A stretch of DNA of 64,000 nt from an uncultured Candidatus Saccharibacteria bacterium (GCA_963519435.1 CAUQMT010000003.1:48516-112515); one strand, 5' to 3'. Numbered from the stretch's first letter, positions 1 to 10,462 are shown. Program-made: numbers and translations. The notes: generated by a model not told the origin, from the sequence alone.

Positions 1-86
1 ACTTTCTGGTTGTAATCAGTCACTCGATATGGCTGTCCATCAATTTGGCACACTACACCTTTTTTCAAATCAGTTGGTTGATACAT
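1..86 (-). CDS. efp: Elongation factor P, N-terminal part (runs off window)
   Basis: Manual translation MYQPTDLKKGVVCQIDGQPYRVTDYNQK matches the EF-P N-terminus; SD AAGGAG upstream; not in ORF track. Confidence 0.85.
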   Translation of the reverse strand, partial: MYQPTDLKKGVVCQIDGQPYRVTDYNQK

Positions 87-157
87 TTCATCTCCTTTTG
101 CGTCTTTAGAAATACCCTTCAGCGCACGACAAAGCATTTCGTACGCTGGAAAATTCC

Positions 158-361
158 CTAATCTCGCGTCACAAACGGTAGCAGCGCCAGATGACGCGCC
201 CGCTTTACCTCGCGAGCCAGCATCCGCTGCAATTTAGCACTCAAGCCCGTCTTGGCAATTGGCTCAATTTGGCCGCTCACCGGACTAATATAGCGCAACA
301 GTGTCTTCACCTCTTTATACGAGAATACTACTGGAGCATCCTTGCGCATTTTTTTTGCCAT
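158..361 (-). CDS. rpsR: 30S ribosomal protein S18
   Basis: SYKEVKTLLRYIS...TGLSAKLQRMLAREVKRARHLALLPF; rpsF-ssb-rpsR order. Confidence 0.95.
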   Translation of the reverse strand: MAKKMRKDAPVVFSYKEVKTLLRYISPVSGQIEPIAKTGLSAKLQRMLAREVKRARHLALLPFVTRD

Positions 362-383
362 ATTTTATAATCCTTTCTAATCG

Positions 384-827
384 TTAAAATGGGATCTCGC
401 TTAAGTCGATCGGCTTATCGTCGATATCTTCGACGACCACATCTTTGGTGCTAGTCGCTGGCGGCGGTGTCGATGCTGGTGCATTACTGTCGTTGCGACC
501 GCCAACAAAGTTGAAATCTTCGACTACCACCTCGACAGCCGACCGCTTATTACCATCTTTATCTTCGTAGCTACGCTGGTCGAGCCGGCCGCTCACCAAA
601 AGCGGCGCGCCTTTTTTAACGTATTGCGAGATAATCTCGCCCGGCTTACCCCAAGCTACGCAGTTAATGAAGCTGGTCTGGTCTTGCTGCTGTCCGTCTT
701 GGTTGCGCCAACTACGGCTAACCGCCAAACTAAAATTAGCTACGCTCTGGCCGCTCGTCGTCGTTCGCAATTCAACATCGCGCGTCAGATTTCCCATTAA
801 TATTACTTTGTTAAACCCCTTTGCCAT
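384..827 (-). CDS. ssb: Single-stranded DNA-binding protein
   Basis: NKVILMGNLTRDVELR OB-fold start; acidic C-terminal DLSEIPF. Confidence 0.97.
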   Translation of the reverse strand: MAKGFNKVILMGNLTRDVELRTTTSGQSVANFSLAVSRSWRNQDGQQQDQTSFINCVAWGKPGEIISQYVKKGAPLLVSGRLDQRSYEDKDGNKRSAVEVVVEDFNFVGGRNDSNAPASTPPPATSTKDVVVEDIDDKPIDLSEIPF

Positions 828-852
828 GATAGATTTCCCTCCTATTTATGGC

Positions 853-1206
853 TTAATCTTCGCTGTTTTCAGCCTCGCGTTCAGCCGCGCGCTTCTTGGC
901 CTCCGCCAAAGCGGCACGCGCTTTGTGGTCTATCTTAACCAGCAAATATCGGATAACTTCGTCGCTAATATTTAGCGCATTGTTGATCTTGAGCGGCGCG
1001 TCTGCCGGCAGCTCGACATCCATCGACACATATACCGCAAAATCTTCGCCTTTGATGTTGTAAGCGAGGCGATTTTTGCCCCAATTATCCTCGGCCTTAA
1101 CCGAACCGCCGTTATCGGCGATCAGCTGCTTGACCTTGCTAAGCACCGCGTCCAAATTCGCCTCTAAATCAGGCCGAATAAGAACCGTCAGCTCGTATTC
1201 TCTCAT
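853..1206 (-). CDS. rpsF: 30S ribosomal protein S6
   Basis: MREYELTVLIRPDL...WGKNRLAYNIK...VIRYLLVK. Confidence 0.97.
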   Translation of the reverse strand: MREYELTVLIRPDLEANLDAVLSKVKQLIADNGGSVKAEDNWGKNRLAYNIKGEDFAVYVSMDVELPADAPLKINNALNISDEVIRYLLVKIDHKARAALAEAKKRAAEREAENSED

Positions 1207-1283
1207 ACATTACCTCCTTGGTATCCGTACGGATGGTTACGTTATCTCACGCAACCTTAGGTTTAATATCGCTTAATATTATA
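1207..1283 (-). promoter_or_regulatory. rpsF promoter and structured leader (candidate S6:S18 leader)
   Basis: -10 TATAAT at 1278-1283; hairpin 1235-1241/1250-1256; palindrome ATCCGTACGGAT at 1223-1234; SD AGGAGGT at 1212-1218. Confidence 0.5.
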
Positions 1284-1332
1284 CCCTATCTGCTATGAAA
1301 AAGCTAGCTTCATACGTACCCCCAGCACGGAT

Positions 1333-1363
1333 AAAGTGCCCGTTACTACACGGGCACTTTTTT
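1333..1363. terminator. Intrinsic terminator-like hairpin
   Basis: AAAGTGCCCGT-6nt-ACGGGCACTTT followed by T run. Confidence 0.7.
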
Positions 1364-1387
1364 ACCTACTCATTATTTTGAAAACTT

Positions 1388-2158
1388 TTAGTTATCCCAA
1401 CGATCTTTAACCTCAGCAAGCAACTCATCTACTCGATGTACTGCACCGTCGCCTGAATAGACACCCTCCTTTCTCTTGTCTACACCCTCATCTTTATTTA
1501 CATAAATAGTCCAGCTCAGATCACCCCTACATTTCTTACCTGGAGGGTATTCAAAAGGTTCAACGCGCCCGTTTTCGTCGGAATCCCAGGAGTAATAAAT
1601 TCTACTAACGCTAGCGTCATCGCTTCCTACAAATTTTATAGCCTTATCAGGATCGATCTTACCGTCCTTTGTTTTTATATCCCTCAATACTGAACTATCC
1701 TCTGAGCTAAAAGTAGCACATAAATATGAACTATGATCAGCTTTGCCATATTTAGGATTTCTTTCTTCTCGTAAACATAGTTCAACACTCATTCCCTCAT
1801 CTCTATTATAATCCGCAGTTTCACCGACACCAGTCCCTGATGTATTGCCAGCTGGCATTCCAGCAGCTACATCAATACGAAGTGATCTGCCGTCGCCAGT
1901 TGTATAAGAATCGCCCTCTCTAGAACCGTCTTCTCTAATTTCTTCAGCCTTATTCAAAACGACTGCACGCACGTTATCTGTCATATCGCGCATTTGTTCA
2001 TCGCTCATCGCGGGCTTATGTGCTTCATGACAGAGACCAAAAGCTACCGCAACAGATAGAGCAAGAGCACCTAGTTCCCTCACACGGCGTTTCCACTTTT
2101 CCCCTCTGCCAGGCCGTTCAGTGCCTGCGGTAGAGCTAAACTCTCTAGTTTTACCCAT
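1388..2158 (-). CDS. Hypothetical protein with N-terminal membrane anchor
   Basis: 256-aa ORF; hydrophobic LGALALSVAVAFGL; upstream TTGACA-17-TATAAA promoter. Confidence 0.7.
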   Translation of the reverse strand: MGKTREFSSTAGTERPGRGEKWKRRVRELGALALSVAVAFGLCHEAHKPAMSDEQMRDMTDNVRAVVLNKAEEIREDGSREGDSYTTGDGRSLRIDVAAGMPAGNTSGTGVGETADYNRDEGMSVELCLREERNPKYGKADHSSYLCATFSSEDSSVLRDIKTKDGKIDPDKAIKFVGSDDASVSRIYYSWDSDENGRVEPFEYPPGKKCRGDLSWTIYVNKDEGVDKRKEGVYSGDGAVHRVDELLAEVKDRWDN

Positions 2159-2356
2159 ATATTTATCGTAGCCTTTCTACCTACAGACAGTTATGATGTA
2201 AATAACCTGGTGATTTATACTCCATATTTGATAATTTGTCAAGTATATCTCCGCACTTATTTAGTCATTGCAATCATTGGATACTTTACCAGAAGATTAT
2301 AATACTTTTACCACCTAATTTTGCAGCCCAAATCAAAATTGTGCTATGATGCTAGA

Positions 2357-3172
2357 ATGCATGTCGCAATCCAAGGCCAAGCCGGTTCCTTCCACGACCA
2401 GGCTGCCCACCAATGGTACGGCGCTAGCGCCGAAATAGTCCCCTGCACAACGTTTAGCGAAGTCTTTGCGGCCTACAACGAGGGCAGTGCCGACGCTATC
2501 GTCGCAGCGGTCGAAAATACTTTGTTTGGCAGCATTAACGAAGTTTACCGTTATATCGAGGAATGTAGTGCGCCGATCGTCGGCGAAATCAAGCTGCCTG
2601 TCGAGCAAATGCTAATCGGTCTGCCAAACGCCAAAATCAGCGATATTACTGAGGTTTATTCTCACCCAGTAGCTCTTTCTCAATGCCGCTATTTCTTGCA
2701 GGAACATCTACCGCAGGCAACACCTATTGAATTTTTTGATACCGCTGGCGCCGTCGAATTTATCAAGCAAAACGGCTCCCGGCACTGCGCCGCTATCGCC
2801 AGCCAGACTGCCGCCGAATTATATAATTTGCCAATACTACAGCGTTCCATCCACGACAATCCCGATAATATCACCCGCTTTTTGGTAATTGAACCGTCTA
2901 ATGCGCCCGCTGATGCTAATCGTGCTTCTCTGGTCATCACCACCGACCATCAGCCTGGCGCTCTCGTCGAGGTATTACAGATATTCGCCAAGCGCCGTAT
3001 CAATCTCGCTAAATTACAGTCGCAACCAATCGTCGGCCAGCCCTGGAAGTATAAGTTTTTTATTGTCGTCGACTGCGCTGGACAACCGCTACATCAAGCT
3101 ATTCGCGACATCGAACGCAGCAACCACGAGGTTACTATCCTAGGTGAATACAAATCTAGTGCCAGCGATTAG
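2357..3172 (+). CDS. pheA: Prephenate dehydratase with ACT domain
   Basis: AIQGQAGSF, ENTLFGSI, VYSHPVALSQC, NITRFLVI, INLAKLQSQP; ATG 2357 follows TGnTATGAT. Confidence 0.9.
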   Translation: MHVAIQGQAGSFHDQAAHQWYGASAEIVPCTTFSEVFAAYNEGSADAIVAAVENTLFGSINEVYRYIEECSAPIVGEIKLPVEQMLIGLPNAKISDITEVYSHPVALSQCRYFLQEHLPQATPIEFFDTAGAVEFIKQNGSRHCAAIASQTAAELYNLPILQRSIHDNPDNITRFLVIEPSNAPADANRASLVITTDHQPGALVEVLQIFAKRRINLAKLQSQPIVGQPWKYKFFIVVDCAGQPLHQAIRDIERSNHEVTILGEYKSSASD

Positions 3173-3223
3173 CAAATTTTAATTTCACAAAGATGAATAA
3201 GCCACAGGCAGATGTTTATATTT

Positions 3224-5470
3224 TTACATGTCTAGATCATCGACGCTGGATATCAATACGTCGCGCGGTTTTGAACCGTTCGCAGCGCTAATAATACCCC
3301 GCTCTTCCATTTCCTCGATAATCCGCGCCGCTCGTTGATAGCCAATTCCCAGGCGAGTCTGCAGCATGCTTGTAGACGCTTTTTTGCGCTCAATAACCAC
3401 GCGTACCGCATCTTTAAACTTATCATCGCTACCATTACTACCGAAGTCCATCACCACGCCGCCTTTACCGTTCAATTGCACTGGCTGGCTAACGATTTCA
3501 TCATTGTACTGCGGCGGCGCCTGCATCCGCAGCTGATCAGTAATTTTGTTCACCTCGCTATCCATCACCCAAGCGCCCTGAATACGCTTCGGTTTCGGCA
3601 TGCTAGCAGTTTTGATCAGCATATCTCCCTGGCCCAGCAATTTCTCGGCACCAGCCTGGTCGAGAATTGTCTGGCTGTCAGTCTGACTGGCCACCGTAAA
3701 GGCAATCCGCGCTGGTACGTTTGCCTTGATGAGTCCGGTAATCACATCAACGCTCGGACGCTGCGTCGCTAGCACCAGGTGAATGCCAACCGCCCGCGCC
3801 TTCTGCGCCAAACGAACAATTAAGCCCTCGACATCGCGCTTGGCTACCATCATCAGATCAGCCATCTCGTCAATCACAATCACGATATACGGCATTGTAC
3901 CTTCATCAACTTGCTGTACATTACCCTTTTCATCGGCAACGCCAATTTTCTTGCCTTTTGCTTTAGAGCGTTCATTATAAGTTTTGATATCGCGTACTCG
4001 CTCTTCGGCTAGCAAGCTATAACGACGTTCCATCTCGTTAACCGCCCACTTTAGCGCGCTCATTGTCTTCTCCGGCTCGACAATCACCGGCGTCAACAGG
4101 TGTGGAATATCCTGATACGGCGCCATCTCGACCTGCTTCGGATCGACAAGGATTAATTTCATATCGCTCGGCGCGTTGCGGTAAAGCAAACTACTTAGCA
4201 GCGTATTAATCATCACCGATTTACCAGAGCCTGTCTGTCCGGCGACCAGCAAGTGCGGCATTTTGTTAAGTTCGCCGACAAACGGCAGTCCTGAAATGTC
4301 TTTACCAATCGCAAAACTCAGCGGCTCTTTGCGGCGGCGCCATTCAGCGCTTTCTAAAATTGAACGGATACGTACGTCAGCCGCTTTCTTGTTTGGCACT
4401 TCGATACCGACAGCTTTTTTACCTGGAATCGGCGCTTCCATGCGCAAGCTCGACGCCGCCAAATTCAGCGCAATATTGGTTTCTAGCGCTGTAATTTTAC
4501 TCAGCTTGATGCCCGCCGGCGGACGCAGCGTATACTGAGTCACTTTCGGGCCGATATTGGCGCCTTCCATATCGACATTAATGTTAAATTCACGCAAAGT
4601 GTCTTGGATAATGCGCGCGTTCTGCTTGATATCGCCCGCATCAGCTGGCGCTTCCTTCTTTTCTAGCAAATCAAGGCTCGGAAATTGCCAGTTCGGGTCG
4701 CTAACTGCCAGCATCGCCATTTTGTCGTCGCGATCGGCTTCGGCTTTTTTAGCTTGCGGTTTGATTTTAAGCTTCGCACTTTGCTTGCTGTCATCTTGCG
4801 ATACTGTTGGCACGCCTTCGTTAAGCTTGAAATCGTCCATCTTGCCGTGATCATCTTCGGCAGCTTTGCGCATGACCTGGACATTAGCTTCGTTCTCTGC
4901 CTTTTCATTGCTGGCTACTGCCGTCTTGAACATTGCTGCAATATCGCTAAACCGCAGTTGCAACACAAACAATAGCGTAATCGCAATCAGCAAAATATAA
5001 ATAAAAACACCGACTGGTATATTGACCAGCGACAAGACGACCGAGTTCAAACCATCGCCAACAACACCGCCAGTCGACGGCGCACCCTTTTCGCGAAACA
5101 GCCCGAATAAGCCGCTGAACCAAATAACTATCAAGATTGAGGCAAATTTCATGACTGCCGGCAATCGGTTGTTTTCGGCGCCAAATATTCTAACAGCTAC
5201 ATACAAACCGACAACTGGCACTATATAAACCGCCCAGCCAATCGTTCGCTTAGACACTTCTAGCATTTGATTAAGTAATGGACCACCCGCACCGAACCAC
5301 GATACTACCAGCAAAACCGACAGCGCCATCAACAATACTGCTGCAACTTGTGGCCAAAATCCCGACGGCACTTCGTGCTGTGGCGCCGGCACTTTCGCTG
5401 TCTTGCTAGCACGGGCCGCGCGGGTTGTTTTAGTTGTTTTTCGAGTTCTCGTCGTCTTTTTCTTTGCCAT
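3224..5470 (-). CDS. ftsK: DNA translocase FtsK/SpoIIIE
   Basis: 4 TM N-terminus; PHLLVAGQTGSGKS; LILVDPKQVE; gamma domain ASTSMLQTRLGIGYQRAARII. Confidence 0.97.
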   Translation of the reverse strand: MAKKKTTRTRKTTKTTRAARASKTAKVPAPQHEVPSGFWPQVAAVLLMALSVLLVVSWFGAGGPLLNQMLEVSKRTIGWAVYIVPVVGLYVAVRIFGAENNRLPAVMKFASILIVIWFSGLFGLFREKGAPSTGGVVGDGLNSVVLSLVNIPVGVFIYILLIAITLLFVLQLRFSDIAAMFKTAVASNEKAENEANVQVMRKAAEDDHGKMDDFKLNEGVPTVSQDDSKQSAKLKIKPQAKKAEADRDDKMAMLAVSDPNWQFPSLDLLEKKEAPADAGDIKQNARIIQDTLREFNINVDMEGANIGPKVTQYTLRPPAGIKLSKITALETNIALNLAASSLRMEAPIPGKKAVGIEVPNKKAADVRIRSILESAEWRRRKEPLSFAIGKDISGLPFVGELNKMPHLLVAGQTGSGKSVMINTLLSSLLYRNAPSDMKLILVDPKQVEMAPYQDIPHLLTPVIVEPEKTMSALKWAVNEMERRYSLLAEERVRDIKTYNERSKAKGKKIGVADEKGNVQQVDEGTMPYIVIVIDEMADLMMVAKRDVEGLIVRLAQKARAVGIHLVLATQRPSVDVITGLIKANVPARIAFTVASQTDSQTILDQAGAEKLLGQGDMLIKTASMPKPKRIQGAWVMDSEVNKITDQLRMQAPPQYNDEIVSQPVQLNGKGGVVMDFGSNGSDDKFKDAVRVVIERKKASTSMLQTRLGIGYQRAARIIEEMEERGIISAANGSKPRDVLISSVDDLDM

Positions 5471-5558
5471 AACCGTTACCTATTGTACTCTGTTCATATC
5501 TAAAAGAATATACCATTATTGTAGCATAAATTACTACAAAAAGCAATAGCGCTATCCG

Positions 5559-7676
5559 TTAGTACGAGCGGCTGTCTGAGCGGTCGCGCGGCACCACCGT
5601 ATCGGTATCGGGAGTTTGTTTGCGCGGAAAGCGTTTGCCCGACGGCTGCGGCATCAGCGGCTGGCTCGACGTTTTGGCTTGCGACGTACGCGCGTGTGCC
5701 TTCAATGCTCCGCCGACCTCATTGACCACCGGAATAACAATCGGCGTCCGGTGCGTTTGGTCGTACAAAATATGCGTTACTTCGTCTTTGATTTCTTTTT
5801 TAATCACCTCGATGTCGTATTTGCCAGAGAAACTGCGCGCCGCTTTCTGCTTGAGATATTGGCGAATCATTCCCATTAGCTCTTCATTATCGCGCATGTA
5901 AATAAACCCGCGGCTGATAATGTCTGGACTGGTCAAGAGCCGCCCCGTACCGCGCTGAACCGTCAATATGACTATAAATATACCTTCTTGACTCATGTGG
6001 ATACGGTCTTTGAGCACCACTTCGCTGACTACCGCGCCGGCATCATCATACATCGTACCGCCAGAGTGAACAATGCGGCCAATTTTGTGCGCGCCATCGC
6101 TAGTAAACTCAACTATATCGCCCGGATCACAAACAAATATATTTTGCCGCGGAATACCGCATTCTTTCTCGGCCAAGCGTGCATTGTGTACTAACATATG
6201 AAACTCGCCGTGATTAGGCAGATAATACTTCGGTTTAACCGCATTAATCACCCGCACGTGGTCATCGTAATAGCCGTGACCCGATAGGTGCAGCGGCCCG
6301 ATACCAGTTAGGTGTGTTTTGCCATTTTGAATAATCTCGCCGCCCTCGCGCATCAGGCCATCAACTGTCCGCACTACGTATTTTTCATTGCCAGGGATCG
6401 GGTTCGAGCTCAGCACTACCACATCTGAACCCTTAATTTTAACGTATTTGTGCGCCCCTGTCGCCATCCGGTTAAGCACCGCATTGAACTCGCCTTGGCT
6501 ACCAGTACAGACGATTGTTATCTTGTTATCAGGCAATTTAATCAAATCTTCCATCTTAACGACGGTATCTTTCGGTACTTTAATCACGCCCGAACGCAAC
6601 GCCACCTCTAGGTTCTGAATCATACTAAAGCCAGCGAACGCCACTTTGCGGTCGTGCTTTTTCGCTTCCTCGAGAAGTAGCTGAATTCGATGCAACTGGC
6701 TAGAAAAGCTACTGACAATAATCCGGCTCTTCGACCATTTATCCATCACTTCGCCCATACTGTGCTGAATGTCGAATTCACCGTGTGTATGGGTACCGTC
6801 GCTTTCACAGTTAGTCGACTCGTTCATAAACAGCAAGAAGCCTTCTTTCTCGGCGATTTCGCTAATCCGATTAAAATCGAATTTCTTGCCATCAACCGGA
6901 TTTTCTTCAATGCGCCAGTCGCCGCTCGAGAGGATATTACCAACTGGCGTCCGCACCACTACGGCAGCTGCATCTGGAATCGAGTGATTAACGCGTACCA
7001 GCTCAACGCTAAATGAATCACAAAGTTGTACAGTATCATGATTTTCTGGATTTAATTCGTGGTATTCTGGCGTGAAAGCGCCGTCTGTCTCTTCCATCGT
7101 CCGCTGTAGCATGCCAAGCGTGAACTTCGTGCCATAAACTGGTGCTGGCAATTTCGGGATGATATGCCGAAATGCGCCAATGTGGTCGAGATGGCCGTGC
7201 GTAAAGACGTGCGCTCGAATCCGATGCTTATTTTCTTCCAGCCACTGAGTATCAGGAATTATATAATTTATACCCGGATAATCGCTACCTGGAAACAAAA
7301 AACCCATATCAATGACGATGATATCGTTGTCGTATTCAATCGCCGTCATGTTCTTACCAATACCCATCTCGCCAACACCGCCAATCGGAATCACCTTCAG
7401 TGTTGGCCGCGGCGCCCGCGGACGTTTCGGCTGGTCCTTCAAGCTAAATTGCTTGCCGCCATAGCCGTTATAAACCGATTTGTTAACCGGCACGCTGATT
7501 AGGTGCTGGCTAGCCTGCGCATTCACACCTTCTGACATTCGCCGCTGCGCCCGAAAGACTTCGCCTTTGCGCGTAGTTGTCGCGTTCAGCACTGTATTAG
7601 TTGATTTTTGTTTAGCCTGCAAAGGGCGCTTACTCGTGTCATCGCCTTTTGGGTTTGCCAGTCGCCGCTGACCCAT
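5559..7676 (-). CDS. rnj: Ribonuclease J
   Basis: THGHLDHIG, VNHSIPD, CTGSQGE, HLSGH, PNHGE metallo-beta-lactamase/beta-CASP motifs. Confidence 0.95.
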   Translation of the reverse strand: MGQRRLANPKGDDTSKRPLQAKQKSTNTVLNATTTRKGEVFRAQRRMSEGVNAQASQHLISVPVNKSVYNGYGGKQFSLKDQPKRPRAPRPTLKVIPIGGVGEMGIGKNMTAIEYDNDIIVIDMGFLFPGSDYPGINYIIPDTQWLEENKHRIRAHVFTHGHLDHIGAFRHIIPKLPAPVYGTKFTLGMLQRTMEETDGAFTPEYHELNPENHDTVQLCDSFSVELVRVNHSIPDAAAVVVRTPVGNILSSGDWRIEENPVDGKKFDFNRISEIAEKEGFLLFMNESTNCESDGTHTHGEFDIQHSMGEVMDKWSKSRIIVSSFSSQLHRIQLLLEEAKKHDRKVAFAGFSMIQNLEVALRSGVIKVPKDTVVKMEDLIKLPDNKITIVCTGSQGEFNAVLNRMATGAHKYVKIKGSDVVVLSSNPIPGNEKYVVRTVDGLMREGGEIIQNGKTHLTGIGPLHLSGHGYYDDHVRVINAVKPKYYLPNHGEFHMLVHNARLAEKECGIPRQNIFVCDPGDIVEFTSDGAHKIGRIVHSGGTMYDDAGAVVSEVVLKDRIHMSQEGIFIVILTVQRGTGRLLTSPDIISRGFIYMRDNEELMGMIRQYLKQKAARSFSGKYDIEVIKKEIKDEVTHILYDQTHRTPIVIPVVNEVGGALKAHARTSQAKTSSQPLMPQPSGKRFPRKQTPDTDTVVPRDRSDSRSY

Positions 7677-7875
7677 ATTGTTATACTCCTTTTTTATTAC
7701 AATAATCTAAAAACCAGGTAGAGAGGTGTTATCTTAATCGTTAGAAATCCCTCTCGTTAGTAGCTTTATTCTAGCAAACTGTCAGCATTTTGTCAAAAAT
7801 GACCCTGCGCCAACTAAAATGCCAGCGTCGTTTTCCCTTAAGACGCCGGCATTTCCTTAGAAATTTGAAAGAGGT

Positions 7876-9987
7876 TTAATCGTCTCCGTCCACCGAAGTG
7901 TGAGCGAATTTACGCTTGCCACGGTAGATAAAGAAGCCGATCATCAGCAGATTAGCCGCCAGCAAGAATCCCGCCAACACCCACATGCTATCGCTATAGA
8001 ACGAACTGCCCAATCCTCCCGAGATAGCCTGGCGCAGCGCCCGGATAGAATAAGTCATCGGCACCAGCGGATTAACTGCCTGGAAGAAGCTGTTGGCTGT
8101 TTGAATCGGGAATGTTCCCTCGCTCGATCCCAACTGCAGCACTAATAACACCATCGCTAGGAAGCGTCCTGGATTATCCAGCACAATTACCAGCAGCGAT
8201 ACGATTGACATATAAACAAACGATGTCAAATAAATCGCCCCGATGAAGTTCACCGGATGATCTGGCACCAAGCCCAGACAGTAAACCATGATCAGCATCA
8301 AGATCGTTGCCTGAACGAAAGCCGCTACACCAGTAACCGAAGCTTTGGCCAGCCACCAGCGAAAAGCGTTCTCTTGCTCGGCAAAAGTCTTGCGGATTGG
8401 ATAAATAATATTCAGAGCAATCGCCCCGACAAACAAGCTCAGCGACAATACGTACGGTGCCAGCGCATAGCCATAGTTCGGCACGTCGCCCTGCTTGGTC
8501 GTTTCCGACTTCACCGGATTCGCCATCTGCTGCTGGGTGGCTGCACCAGTTGGTTGTATTTTGAGTTGCCGGGAAGCGTCTGCTAGCTTCGTAGACAGAG
8601 TATCCGCGCCGTCCGCCAATTGCGAGGTGCCATTCGTTAATACACTGGAGCGGCTATCTAACAGTCGCGCGCCGTTTGCTAACTGTTGGCTGCCAGTTTG
8701 CGCTTGCGCCAGACCGTTTGTTAGCGATGTCGAGCCAGCCAGCAATTGATTGTTCGCCGTCCGCAGATTGTTATAGCCGTTAAGAGCAGTGGTTGCATTC
8801 GGCGCCAACTGATTAACGCCGTTGTTTAGCGTAGAAACGCCAGTTTGCAATTGTGCCTGCTGCGTTGACAGACTTTGAGTAAGTGTCTGCAAATCTTTAA
8901 GCAGCGCGGCTGCTTGAGTAGTAATTATTTGCGTTTTACTGAGCGCCTGAGAAAGCTGGCTAATTTGCGGCAAAGTTATGGTTGTCGAACCGCCAGAAGC
9001 TACCGCATCATGTCCTAATGTTTGTAGCGTCCCGCCTGCTGCCGTCAAATCTGCTGCTGCAGTTTGCATTGTTTGCGCCAAAATTTGCGCTTCACTCTGC
9101 ACCTTATTCTGCTGGCTGACGAGCATTGGCGATGGATTATGAACGCTAGCATTTAATTGATTAAGGCCTGCCTGCAACTGTTTTATACCGTTTGTTAACT
9201 GCGCAACTTGCGATTCGCTTGGCAAACCGTTCGACAATTGTCCCAAGCCTGCCTGCAATTGGCGCGATCCATCGCCGAGCCTCGCTAAACCATTAGCCAT
9301 CGCCCGCTGATTTACCGCCAATTGCCGAACGCCACCAGCGTAAGTTTGCGCGCCCACTTGCAGCTGCGTCAAACCACCATGCAAAGTAGCTGCGCCGCCC
9401 GCTGCCGACTCCAAACCGCTGCCAAGTTTACCTACATTTTCCAACACGCCCTTAGCGTACGCCTGAGTAATTTGCTCAGCCACCGACGTTTTGACTTTTT
9501 CAGCCGCTTGATTACTGACCAGCGAACCAATATAGTTCTTAGCTGGCGTAGTCGTGTAGCGAATCACTGCCTGCTGCGGTTGAGCAGCAGTAATCGACGC
9601 CGCTTTTGCCGAAAAATCCGTCGGAACAGTCACCACCGCATAGAAATGCCCGCTATTGACCCCGTCATCAGCCTGCTGTTTATCCACAAATTCCCAGCCC
9701 AAATCATGATTACTTTTGAGTTTTTGCTCAACCGATTGCCCGATATTGACCGTTTGACCGTTCAGCTGCGCGCCTTTGTCCTCATTAACAAACGCTACCG
9801 GCAAATTTTTCACCTGCCCATATGGATCCCAAATTGAACCCAAGAAAAAACCGCTGTACATAATCGGAATAAAGGAAATAACCGCCATCGACAGCAGTAA
9901 TATTTTGTTTTTACAGAGATGCTGCCACTCAGCTCGCACCATATTGACGCGGCGTCTATTTGACAGCCGCTTTAATTTTTCAACCAT
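7876..9987 (-). CDS. YhgE/Pip family membrane protein
   Basis: WDPYGQVKNLPVAFVNEDKG; heptad repeats (L..G..QL..G); C-terminal TMs with LQLGSSEGTFPI. Confidence 0.92.
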   Translation of the reverse strand: MVEKLKRLSNRRRVNMVRAEWQHLCKNKILLLSMAVISFIPIMYSGFFLGSIWDPYGQVKNLPVAFVNEDKGAQLNGQTVNIGQSVEQKLKSNHDLGWEFVDKQQADDGVNSGHFYAVVTVPTDFSAKAASITAAQPQQAVIRYTTTPAKNYIGSLVSNQAAEKVKTSVAEQITQAYAKGVLENVGKLGSGLESAAGGAATLHGGLTQLQVGAQTYAGGVRQLAVNQRAMANGLARLGDGSRQLQAGLGQLSNGLPSESQVAQLTNGIKQLQAGLNQLNASVHNPSPMLVSQQNKVQSEAQILAQTMQTAAADLTAAGGTLQTLGHDAVASGGSTTITLPQISQLSQALSKTQIITTQAAALLKDLQTLTQSLSTQQAQLQTGVSTLNNGVNQLAPNATTALNGYNNLRTANNQLLAGSTSLTNGLAQAQTGSQQLANGARLLDSRSSVLTNGTSQLADGADTLSTKLADASRQLKIQPTGAATQQQMANPVKSETTKQGDVPNYGYALAPYVLSLSLFVGAIALNIIYPIRKTFAEQENAFRWWLAKASVTGVAAFVQATILMLIMVYCLGLVPDHPVNFIGAIYLTSFVYMSIVSLLVIVLDNPGRFLAMVLLVLQLGSSEGTFPIQTANSFFQAVNPLVPMTYSIRALRQAISGGLGSSFYSDSMWVLAGFLLAANLLMIGFFIYRGKRKFAHTSVDGDD

Positions 9988-10414
9988 GCATTACCTCCTT
10001 GACAACGTCTTCTAACGTTACCGTTTTTAGATACTCGCTCCACTTCTCTTGCGCCTCGGAAAAGACTTTTTCAATCATACTCATGCCAATTTCCACCTGG
10101 CGAGACCGCGACGCAAACACTCGTTCGACAATTCCTTGAGGCTGAAAAAACGGTGCTTCGCCTTCAATCGCCAGCACCACATCATGCAACGTCACTTGGC
10201 CCATTTCCCGCGCCAAAATGAAACCGCCGCCAGCGCCCTGCGTCGAGGTAATCAACCGCGCCACCACCAGCTTGCGGCTAATTTTCTTCAGGTACGTCGG
10301 CGAAACTGCCATCTTTTCCGCCAAAGCGTCATTGGTCATCGGCGCCTTTCGCTGCGGATCAGCTAAAATTGCCATAATACAGCAGGCTTGTTCAACAGCT
10401 CCCGATAGTTTCAT
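9980..10414 (-). CDS. Rrf2 family transcriptional regulator (no C-terminal 3-Cys cluster motif)
   Basis: VSPTYLKKISRKLV...STQGAGGGFILAR...VTLHDVVLAIEG...TLED. Confidence 0.92.
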   Translation of the reverse strand: MKLSGAVEQACCIMAILADPQRKAPMTNDALAEKMAVSPTYLKKISRKLVVARLITSTQGAGGGFILAREMGQVTLHDVVLAIEGEAPFFQPQGIVERVFASRSRQVEIGMSMIEKVFSEAQEKWSEYLKTVTLEDVVKEVMHG

Positions 10415-10435
10415 AAAGTCCTTTCATGAATTAGA

Positions 10436-10462
10436 TATAGTGGATATCGATTATCCACTATA
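10436..10462. promoter_or_regulatory. Probable Rrf2 operator (perfect 11-bp inverted repeat)
   Basis: TATAGTGGATA-tcgat-TATCCACTATA directly upstream of the Rrf2 start. Confidence 0.7.

Noticed and set aside
8580..9430. Repeats within yhgE
   Set aside because: Normal heptad coiled-coil repeats of the family.
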